A stretch of 32,000 nt of DNA from Candidatus Saccharimonadota bacterium (lineage in GTDB: Bacteria > Patescibacteriota > Saccharimonadia > Saccharimonadales > UBA4665): the NCBI GenBank assembly GCA_016700375.1, contig CP065016.1:150001-182000 (forward strand), written 5' to 3'. Each line of letters begins with the position of its first letter. The first letter of the stretch is position 1. The notes under the pieces were generated by a model that worked only from the letters and a program-made list of their open reading frames with translations, did no database searches and was not told the origin of the DNA. A program made the translations under genes and the position numbers. This document shows, one piece after another, positions 15,167-21,438 of the stretch.

Positions 15167-15834
15167 TTGGGATTGTTGGCTCGGCCGGTGATTTAGGAAG
15201 TCAACTACTAAATCGGATGCAAGAGCGCGGAATAGAGGTAGCTACTTTTGACGCCTGGGGCAGCAACAATAGCCATAAATCTGTCGGTGATGTTGTTGCA
15301 GATTCGGAAATAACTCACTGGTGTGCGCCGCTTGATGCACTAAATTTGCTTGGTAGCCCTGCCGAGAGGCGGCAATTAGTACTTCATAGCAGTGTCATGC
15401 ACCTCTCATATGATGCGCTGGTAAATCATGGTCAAAGGCTACCTAAGGTAGGCTTCAACATCGTTCATTGTTTGATGAACAGACATGACACGGTAAATGC
15501 TGCAACGGGACACGTTTCGGAAGCAGTCAAGACCCACCTTGGTCAGATTGGGCTAAATGTTCGGCCAAAAACTATTCACGAACACGATAAGAATGCGGCA
15601 CTTACGCAGGGGGCTGCAATGGTTTTATGTGAATTATTGCTTGGCGAGCTACAGGGTGTCCATGAAGAAGATCTGACACCATCTGGCGAGTGGCTATTAA
15701 AGGTTCTCGAAGAACGTGCTATGAACTGGACCGATGCCACCAAAAATTCAGTGCTCCGAAACCCTGAGCTATCTCAACTATTTGCATCTAAAAGGATAGA
15801 AGAAATTTTTCAAAGATATCTAAACGTTGCGTGA
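15163..15834 (+). CDS. NAD(P)-binding Rossmann protein, prephenate-dehydrogenase (TyrA)-like
   Basis: N-terminal IGIVGSAGDLGS dinucleotide-binding loop. EHDKNAALTQGAAMV resembles the E. coli TyrA segment EHDQNMAFIQALRHF. At 223 aa it is shorter than typical TyrA. Confidence 0.4.
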   Translation: MIGIVGSAGDLGSQLLNRMQERGIEVATFDAWGSNNSHKSVGDVVADSEITHWCAPLDALNLLGSPAERRQLVLHSSVMHLSYDALVNHGQRLPKVGFNIVHCLMNRHDTVNAATGHVSEAVKTHLGQIGLNVRPKTIHEHDKNAALTQGAAMVLCELLLGELQGVHEEDLTPSGEWLLKVLEERAMNWTDATKNSVLRNPELSQLFASKRIEEIFQRYLNVA

Positions 15835-15848
15835 GGTATACTACTACT

Positions 15849-16952
15849 ATGACGAAACAAGTAATATTAACTGGCCTACGGGCAAATAACGACCTGCACA
15901 TTGGCAATTATTTTGGCGCACTGCTGCCGCTAATAGATATGGCAAAAACGCGGTCAGACGAGTACGATGTGCATTTGTTTGTGCCTGACCTGCACAGTTT
16001 TACAACCCCCATAGACTATAGCCAGCTGCAAGACCAGATTATGCACAATCTTCGCCTGTATGCAGCTGCCGGTTTGCCCCTGGACAACCCAAGCGTGCGC
16101 ATTTACCGCCAAAGTTTCGTTCCGGCTCACTCTGAGCTAACTGTCATCCTCAACTCATTCACAGGAATGGGTCAGATGGAGCGCATGACACAGTTTAAGG
16201 ATAAATCTGGCAAACTCGGGGTAGATTCTATTAGCGTGGGGCTGTTTGACTACCCAGTGCTAATGGCAGCAGATATCTTACTTTACGGCGCAAAGTATGT
16301 TCCTGTGGGTGATGACCAAAGCCAGCACCTTGAGTTTGCAAGGGACATTGCCGAGCGGATGAACAGTAAGTTTGCGCGAGAACTGTTTACGGTGCCGGAG
16401 CCAGTTACTAAACAGCACGAGTTTTTTCATGGCATTCATAGCTTTAGCGCAGAAGGCGGCAAAGACCAGCCTTCGCCAAGGCTACGGCCGGCAGGCCAGG
16501 GGCTGCGCATAAAGGACTTGCAAGACCCAACCAAAAAGATGAGCAAGAGTGACGAAAGTGGCAAGGGCATCATTTTCCTCGGTGACTCACCGGAAGCGGC
16601 TGCGAAAAAGATTCATAGCGCTGCTACTGATAGTTTTGGGCGCATAGACGTAGATAATCAAGACCAGCCGGGCATTGTAAACCTCATGCAAATCTTAGCA
16701 CTTGCGACCGGCAACTCGTATGAAGAGATAAAGACTAACTACACTGGTCAAACCCAGTATGGCCCCCTCAAAATCGACGCTGCAGTGGCGATTTCTGAGT
16801 TTCTCCATGCATTTCAGGACCGACTTGCTGCAGTAGATGAAACTAAGCTGACAGAGAAACTTCGTGCAGATGAAGTTAAAATGAACGAAATTGCCAACCA
16901 AACACTGCTGCGTGTCCAAAAAGCCGTCGGCCTCCGTCCTGTGTCATCCTGA
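15849..16952 (+). CDS. trpS: tryptophan--tRNA ligase
   Basis: HIGH-type motif NDLHIGNYFGA and KMSKS (KKMSKSDE). The track ORF starts at GTG 15831, but ATG 15849 (MTKQVILTG) is more likely. An insertion precedes KMSKS. Confidence 0.9.
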   Translation: MTKQVILTGLRANNDLHIGNYFGALLPLIDMAKTRSDEYDVHLFVPDLHSFTTPIDYSQLQDQIMHNLRLYAAAGLPLDNPSVRIYRQSFVPAHSELTVILNSFTGMGQMERMTQFKDKSGKLGVDSISVGLFDYPVLMAADILLYGAKYVPVGDDQSQHLEFARDIAERMNSKFARELFTVPEPVTKQHEFFHGIHSFSAEGGKDQPSPRLRPAGQGLRIKDLQDPTKKMSKSDESGKGIIFLGDSPEAAAKKIHSAATDSFGRIDVDNQDQPGIVNLMQILALATGNSYEEIKTNYTGQTQYGPLKIDAAVAISEFLHAFQDRLAAVDETKLTEKLRADEVKMNEIANQTLLRVQKAVGLRPVSS

Positions 16953-16963
16953 ACTTGTTTCAG
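16949..16963. repeat. left 15-bp inverted repeat flanking the GIY-YIG ORF
   Basis: CTGAACTTGTTTCAG. It contains the trpS stop TGA (16950-16952) and is the perfect reverse complement of 17271-17285. Confidence 0.85.
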
Positions 16964-16975
16964 GATCCAAACATT

Positions 16976-17290
16976 ATGAAAGAATCATATGTGTACATAC
17001 TAGCCTCAAAAGCTCGTGGAACTTTGTATATCGGTGTTACCAATAGCTTTGAGCGAAGGTATTTTGAACATTCGATGGGCCTAAATGGCGAAAGCTTTAC
17101 TCAGAAATATAACGTTAAACGGCTCGTATATTTTGAAAAGTGCGATTCTATAGAACAGGCTATAGTTAGAGAAAAACAGCTTAAGAATTGGCATAGACAG
17201 TGGAAAATTAATCTCATTGAGTCTGTAAACCCTGGCTGGGATAATCTGAGTATTCGTTATGGTATAGATGCTGAAACAAGTTCAGCATGA
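16976..17290 (+). CDS. GIY-YIG nuclease superfamily protein (YhbQ/UPF0213-like)
   Basis: YVYILASKARGTLYIGVTNSFERRYFEH.. is a GIY-YIG motif. The alternative TTG start at 16955 is the one used by the track. The ORF looks AT-richer than its neighbours by eye. Confidence 0.75.
   Translation: MKESYVYILASKARGTLYIGVTNSFERRYFEHSMGLNGESFTQKYNVKRLVYFEKCDSIEQAIVREKQLKNWHRQWKINLIESVNPGWDNLSIRYGIDAETSSA
17271..17285. repeat. right 15-bp inverted repeat flanking the GIY-YIG ORF
   Basis: CTGAAACAAGTTCAG, lying inside the last codons of the ORF. Confidence 0.85.
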
Positions 17291-17321
17291 CGTATGGTGC
17301 TACCTCTGTTAGAATATACCT

Positions 17322-18230
17322 ATGGCAAATCTTGAAGTGAGTCGGGCGGAGCGGTTAGACCAACGGGTAGTGGCTATGTTGCCACAGCTTAGTCGTGCCT
17401 ATGCTGCAAAACTCATTGAAACGAAACGCGTCTCTGTAAATGGTCAATCCCAGGTGAAACCAGGCTACAAGCTGCGGCCAGATGACGAGGTCACTATTGA
17501 ATACGATGAAGCGGAAGAAGAGCACATTCCCGACATAGAACTCGAGGTCTTGTACGAAGACAATGACTGCGTGGTTATATACAAGCCCGTTGGGATACTT
17601 ACGCACAGCAAGGGGGCATATAACCCCGAAGCGACTGTTGCCACCTGGTTACGTTCTCGCCTGAAGCGTGAAAGCTCCGACCTTTCACGCGGGACGGCCG
17701 TGAAAGCTCCGACCTTTCACGGGGGAGAGCGGGCAGGGATTGTGCATAGGCTCGACAGGGCAACAAGTGGGGTTATGATATGCGCCAAGAACACAGAAGC
17801 ACTGAGCTGGCTGCAAAAACAGTTTGCGCAGCGTCGTACAAAAAAAACGTATATGGCTGTCGTGAAAGGGAGTATGAACCCAGAGGCAGCAATTATTGAT
17901 ATGCCCATAGAGCGAAACCCAAAGGCGCCAGCGACGTTTCGGGTAGGTGAGCAGGGAAAGCCGGCCAAAACAACCTATCGAACGCTTGTAAGTGGTAAAA
18001 CGCATAGTCTGGTGGAGTTAAAGCCGGAAACTGGCCGGACACATCAGCTTCGTGTTCATCTGGCACATCAGGGGCACCCTATTGTCGGCGATACATTTTA
18101 CGGTGGCCAGCCCGCCGACCGCTTGTATCTGCACGCGGCAGAGCTTGAGCTCACCATATTGGCAGGACATGAGCGGAAAGTGTTTCGCGCTGCCGTGCCA
18201 CCTGAGTTTCAGGAGTTTGCCAATACATGA
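17322..18230 (+). CDS. rluD: RluA-family 23S rRNA pseudouridine synthase (RluD-like)
   Basis: N-terminal S4 domain and the catalytic motif GIVHRLDRATSGVMICAKN. TGtTAGAAT at 17307-17315 lies 6 nt before the ATG. Confidence 0.85.
   Translation: MANLEVSRAERLDQRVVAMLPQLSRAYAAKLIETKRVSVNGQSQVKPGYKLRPDDEVTIEYDEAEEEHIPDIELEVLYEDNDCVVIYKPVGILTHSKGAYNPEATVATWLRSRLKRESSDLSRGTAVKAPTFHGGERAGIVHRLDRATSGVMICAKNTEALSWLQKQFAQRRTKKTYMAVVKGSMNPEAAIIDMPIERNPKAPATFRVGEQGKPAKTTYRTLVSGKTHSLVELKPETGRTHQLRVHLAHQGHPIVGDTFYGGQPADRLYLHAAELELTILAGHERKVFRAAVPPEFQEFANT
17667..17721 (+). repeat. two copies of a 23-nt hairpin-forming repeat inside rluD
   Basis: CGTGAAAGCTCCGACCTTTCACG occurs at 17667-17689 and 17699-17721. 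Each copy folds as CGTGAAAG/CTTTCACG. The period is 32 nt, so the two copies are read in different frames. Confidence 0.85.
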
Positions 18231-19096
18231 ACCCAAATTTGGTGTTACGCCAAAGCACGAAAGAAGCGGTAGACCGGTATTTGACGCACCCAGCGCAATC
18301 GGTTCTCGTAACTGGTGCTGCTGGGTCAGGGTTGACAACCTTGGCGCACAGCATGGCCGCCAGCATGCTTGGTGTGGACGCACAGAAGCTATCGGAACAA
18401 CCGTATGTGCGCCTCATTTCACCAGAGAACGATAAAATCAGCATTACGAATATACGCGATTTACAGCAGTTTGTAAGCCTGCAAATTCCATCTAAACGAC
18501 AAATTGGGCGAGTTATACTCATAGATGATGCACACGCTATGACTAGAGAGGCACAAAATGCACTCCTGAAGCTACTAGAAGAGCCGCCGAAGCAGACAAT
18601 ACTACTTCTTGTTGCTTCACGTCCTCGACTGCTCTTACCGACCATTTTATCTCGGGTCCAACAGCTGCACATTAGTCGACCTGAGGAGTCAGAAGTTATA
18701 AAATATTTGGAACAGAGAGGTTACGAACAAAAATCTATTGCCCAACTCTTGCTCGCAACTGGTCAAAACATAGCCGAAACTATTCGCCAGCTTGAGCTTG
18801 GAAATGAGCTGGCGGGTCAAACCGTGAATATCGTGAAGCAAGCTTTGGCCGCCGAACCGTTTGAACGGCTACTTATGGTAGAGAGAGAGCTCAAAGACAA
18901 GACACTTGCCCGAGATTTTGTGAGTACGCTTTCGACCGTTGCTTCTAGTAGCGTTTTTAGGGTATCCGAAAGAGGCGACGTAGCAGCCATTCTTCGGTGG
19001 CAATCGATTCTGGCAGCCAGTGAAGTGGCATCCCGAGCTCTTAGGCATAGCGGAAACCAAAAACTTGTACTGACTGAGCTTATGCTGGCACTTTAG
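18227..19096 (+). CDS. holB: DNA polymerase III delta-prime subunit-like (clamp-loader AAA+)
   Basis: Degenerate P-loop VTGAAGSGLTTLA, then ILIDDAHAMTREAQNALLKLLEEPP and SRVQQL. ATGA overlap with rluD. Confidence 0.75.
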   Translation: MNPNLVLRQSTKEAVDRYLTHPAQSVLVTGAAGSGLTTLAHSMAASMLGVDAQKLSEQPYVRLISPENDKISITNIRDLQQFVSLQIPSKRQIGRVILIDDAHAMTREAQNALLKLLEEPPKQTILLLVASRPRLLLPTILSRVQQLHISRPEESEVIKYLEQRGYEQKSIAQLLLATGQNIAETIRQLELGNELAGQTVNIVKQALAAEPFERLLMVERELKDKTLARDFVSTLSTVASSSVFRVSERGDVAAILRWQSILAASEVASRALRHSGNQKLVLTELMLAL

Positions 19097-19119
19097 CTGT
19101 GATATACTACTGAGACTAT

Positions 19120-19773
19120 ATGTACGAACTATTGGTTGTCAGTGCCTTTGGGTTTATGGGGTTGCTACACACGCGGAAGCGCTCCGACGAAGAGTCGGAT
19201 ATTTCGCGGAAGGTTGGTGACCGCATAGGGAAGCTATGGGATATAGCTCACCAGGGCATGCGAGAAAACCGGTTTCTTCGTGCCGAAAAAGCCCTTCTTA
19301 CCATCTTAAAAATAGATGAGAAAAACGCCGCTGCCTATAACCGCCTCGGCATACTCTACGCCAAGCAAAAAGAATACCGCGACGCGATTGATTGTTTTGA
19401 GATTGCAAGCAGCATAGAAGCAACACCCTCGAGCCTCCATAACCTGGGGCTCATTTACTACGAAACGGAAAACTATGAAAAAGCAGGCATAGCGTTTGAG
19501 CAAGCCCTGAAGCTTGAAGAAGATTTGGCCGCTCGCCATGTAGCATACGCAAAAGTGAACGAAAAGTTAGGAAACGAAAAGCTTATGTTTGCATCTTTGC
19601 TACGGGCGGTGGAACTTGAGCCAAACCAAGAAACCTACTCACTGTTGCAACGTGCATACGCAGAGCATGGCATGGACGCTGAAGCAGATGCTGTGACCGA
19701 AAAACTAAAGACACTTATTGTGCCTTCAGGCAAACCGCGCCGTATCCTTCGCCCCCGAAAAGTGGTTATTTAG
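19120..19773 (+). CDS. TPR-repeat protein with an N-terminal membrane anchor
   Basis: Hydrophobic N-terminus followed by about 4 TPR-like 34-aa repeats (AAAYNRLGILYAKQKEYRDAIDCFEIA..). Confidence 0.7.
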   Translation: MYELLVVSAFGFMGLLHTRKRSDEESDISRKVGDRIGKLWDIAHQGMRENRFLRAEKALLTILKIDEKNAAAYNRLGILYAKQKEYRDAIDCFEIASSIEATPSSLHNLGLIYYETENYEKAGIAFEQALKLEEDLAARHVAYAKVNEKLGNEKLMFASLLRAVELEPNQETYSLLQRAYAEHGMDAEADAVTEKLKTLIVPSGKPRRILRPRKVVI

Positions 19774-19828
19774 TAAGACTGGTAGGTTGCCATACAACCC
19801 CTGTTTTGGTACACTATTCGTTGATATT

Positions 19829-19905
19829 GCCACCTTAGCTCAGTTGGCCAGAGCGGCTGTTTTGTAAACAGCGGGTCGTGGGTTCGAATCCCTCAGGTGG
19901 CTCCA
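19829..19905 (+). tRNA. tRNA-Thr (anticodon UGU), CCA encoded
   Basis: Cloverleaf read by hand: acceptor GCCACCT/AGGTGGC, anticodon stem GCTGT/ACAGC, loop TTTGTAA. The T stem has one U-U mismatch. Confidence 0.85.
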
Positions 19906-19917
19906 GTAAACGGTACA

Positions 19918-19947
19918 TTAACAATCGGTACTATACTCTGTTATAAT
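19918..19947 (+). promoter_or_regulatory. promoter of the PD-(D/E)XK ORF (leaderless arrangement)
   Basis: TTAACA, 18-nt spacer, TGtTATAAT (-10 at 19942-19947). The ATG lies 7 nt downstream and no SD is present. Confidence 0.55.
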
Positions 19948-19954
19948 AGCGGAC

Positions 19955-20371
19955 ATGCGACCTAAAGAGAAGGGTGATATTGCAATTGCTAAAGCTATTA
20001 ATTATTTCATGAGTTGTAATTTTGAAGTGTGTTTACCTATAGGTGATAAACGAGATTACGATTTGGTTGTTGAAAAAGAAGGGAAGCTGCAAAGAGTACA
20101 GGTGAAGTATGCTGGACTTTACCCTGGACAAAAAAGTTGTAAGGTGGCTCTTCGTATCACGGGAGGTAATCAATCGTTTCATTATAGTAAAAAGTATAGA
20201 GACGACGCATTCGAACTTCTTTTTGTATACACTGCAAAAGAACAGGAATTTGTCGTAAACTGGTCAGAGATAACTGCTAGGAATGAGTTATCCATTGAAC
20301 ATAAAAAGTATAATAAGTACCTCATAAACTCGAGCAGGGTTAGTGAAGCGGTCAAACACGATAGACTGTAA
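19955..20371 (+). CDS. PD-(D/E)XK nuclease, resembles the intron-homing endonuclease family typified by I-Ssp6803I
   Basis: KGDIAIAKAINYF..CLPIGDKRDYDLVVEKEGKLQRVQVK gives the D..(E/Q)xK core. About 33% GC by hand count of the first 118 nt. The last 12 codons overlap the 5' half of tRNA-Tyr, and the stop TAA is in its anticodon loop. Confidence 0.55.
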   Translation: MRPKEKGDIAIAKAINYFMSCNFEVCLPIGDKRDYDLVVEKEGKLQRVQVKYAGLYPGQKSCKVALRITGGNQSFHYSKKYRDDAFELLFVYTAKEQEFVVNWSEITARNELSIEHKKYNKYLINSSRVSEAVKHDRL

Positions 20372-20419
20372 ATCTATTGGCTTATGCCTTCGTAGGTTCG
20401 AATCCTACACCCTGCACCA
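20334..20419 (+). tRNA. tRNA-Tyr (anticodon GUA), long variable arm, CCA encoded
   Basis: Acceptor GCAGGGT/ACCCTGC, D arm GTG-AAGCGGTCAAA-CAC, anticodon loop CTGTAAA, variable stem GGC-TTAT-GCC, T arm GTAGG-TTCGAAT-CCTAC. Confidence 0.9.
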
Positions 20420-20439
20420 TTAATCACAAAGGGTTTGTT

Positions 20440-20628
20440 ATGGAATGCCCGATGTGTAAAAAACATATGCGTAAGGTACGCTGGGAAATCACAAACAACT
20501 TTAAAGTCGGTAGTGAGTTTGTAGAGTACAATAAAGTCACGTACCACTGCGAGGCTGAGGACATCTGGTTCAGTACAGAGTTGGCTATGCCAAAAAAGTC
20601 TTCGAGCTCATTAAAAAACAAATTATAA
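20440..20628 (+). CDS. small CxxC protein (62 aa), hypothetical
   Basis: MECPMCKKHMRKV...YHCEAED. The track ORF (20377) starts inside the tRNA; ATG 20440 is the first start downstream of the tRNA. AT-rich. Confidence 0.4.
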   Translation: MECPMCKKHMRKVRWEITNNFKVGSEFVEYNKVTYHCEAEDIWFSTELAMPKKSSSSLKNKL

Positions 20629-20639
20629 TAGGTACATAT

Positions 20640-20918
20640 GCCCCGATAGCTCAGTTGGTAGAGCGCATCCATGGTGAACCGCGTATGGTTTTGCCCACTT
20701 TGCAGGAAACTGTGCAAGTGAATCCCGAATAACGGTTAATATCCCTACGGGGACAAGACCGTGGCATTCTTTTTGAGAAGGCCCGAACGACTGACAAGGG
20801 AAGCTAAATTCGACAAAACACGAATATGCTTAAGATACAGTCTAGCCCTCATATATACATAAAAATGAGGTGTAAGCGAAGGATGAGGTCACGGGTTCGA
20901 ATCCCGTTTGGGGCTCCA
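20640..20918 (+). tRNA. tRNA-Thr (anticodon GGU) interrupted by a group I intron; CCA encoded
   Basis: The exons 20640-20675 and 20879-20918 join into a perfect 76-nt cloverleaf: acceptor GCCCCGA/TTGGGGC, anticodon stem CATCC/GGATG, loop AT-GGT-AA, T arm ACGGG-TTCGAAT-CCCGT. Confidence 0.85.
20676..20878 (+). ncRNA. group I intron (ORF-less, ~203 nt) inserted after U36
   Basis: The 5' exon ends in U and the intron ends in G. IGS UUGCC 20691-20695 pairs GCC with exon GGU and UU with 3'-exon AA. P2 20696-20720 has a GAAA loop. P4 is ACGGU/ACCGU, P5 is UCCC-UACG-GGGA, P6 is 20763-20783, P7 is GACUG 20789-93 / CAGUC 20838-42, and P8 is AUUCG/CGAAU. J8/7 AAGAUACAGUC matches the conserved group I S element, and P9 is CCUCAU/AUGAGG. 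Confidence 0.75.
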
Positions 20919-20930
20919 GAATTACAACTC

Positions 20931-20959
20931 TTGACAAAACACAAGCACTTTGATATGGT
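20931..20959 (+). promoter_or_regulatory. consensus-like promoter with no ORF behind it
   Basis: TTGACA (20931-20936), 17-nt spacer, TATGGT (20954-20959). Confidence 0.45.
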
Positions 20960-20965
20960 ACCTGT

Positions 20966-21155
20966 AGTAAGCGCTCCGGCGTTAAAAAACCGAAACACTT
21001 ACAAATTGTTGACCAAAGAGGAATGCGAAAAAAAGCAAACCAAATTGGCCATACCTCCGTAAACTATCGTTAGCCAAACTAGCGAACAAGTTTACCAAAA
21101 CCTCCTCAACACCCTAGGGTAAAAACACCGAGCTGATCACTCGGTGTTTTTGTTT
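20966..21155 (+). ncRNA. candidate ~190-nt small RNA (unknown family)
   Basis: Bounded by the promoter above and the terminator at 21121-21155, with no credible ORF or SD. It contains local hairpins (CGC-UCCG-GCG, CGUUAG-CCAAA-CUAGCG) and two CCUCC motifs (21054-21058, 21101-21105). Confidence 0.3.
21121..21155 (+). terminator. intrinsic terminator
   Basis: AAAAACACCGAG-CTGATCA-CTCGGTGTTTTT followed by GTTT. Confidence 0.7.
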
Positions 21156-21181
21156 ACATTTTCAGGCCTCTCTGTTAAAAT
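21153..21181 (+). promoter_or_regulatory. rpmG promoter (leaderless arrangement)
   Basis: TTTACA, 17-nt spacer, TGtTAAAAT (-10 at 21176-21181). The ATG lies 8 nt downstream and no SD is present. Confidence 0.55.
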
Positions 21182-21189
21182 AGTCTGAT

Positions 21190-21393
21190 ATGGCAAAAAA
21201 AGGTGAAAAGCGCAAACTAGTAGGACTCGTGAGTGAAGAGTCTGGTGAGCGCATATACTATACAAGCAAGAACACTATGAACACTCCGGAGAAGCTGAGC
21301 CTCCGTAAATACAGCAAGAAACTTCGCAAGCACGTTGTTTTTACCGAAACCAAGAAAAACCTCGGCCGCAACGAAGTAAAACCGAAGAAGTAA
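21190..21393 (+). CDS. rpmG: 50S ribosomal protein L33 (Cys-less form)
   Basis: [55 protein letters not shown] follows the L33 pattern with all four Cys positions replaced. Confidence 0.88.
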   Translation: MAKKGEKRKLVGLVSEESGERIYYTSKNTMNTPEKLSLRKYSKKLRKHVVFTETKKNLGRNEVKPKK

Positions 21394-21410
21394 ATTTACT
21401 GTCCTGGGTG

Positions 21411-21438
21411 AAAAAAGCGGCCATAAGGCCGTTTTTTT
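21411..21438. terminator. bidirectional intrinsic terminator between convergent rpmG and the GH15 gene
   Basis: AAAAAAGCGGCC-ATAA-GGCCGTTTTTTT, with A/T runs on both sides. Confidence 0.7.

Noticed and set aside
18151-18672. 173-aa minus-strand ORF antisense to holB/rluD
   Set aside because: It is fully nested antisense to two well-supported, overlapping (ATGA-coupled) genes, and it has no start context.
19787-19808. Weak hairpin GGTTG-CCATA-CAACC followed by CCTGTTTT, as a possible terminator of the TPR gene
   Set aside because: The stem is only 5 bp and the U-tract is interrupted. The evidence is too weak to call a terminator.
20377-21062. Track ORFs 20377-20439 (N-terminal part), 20424-20717 (minus strand) and 20826-21062 (plus strand)
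   Set aside because: They are read through tRNA-Tyr, the exons of tRNA-Thr(GGU) and the group I intron core. They have no SD, and the tRNA and intron structures explain the sequence better.
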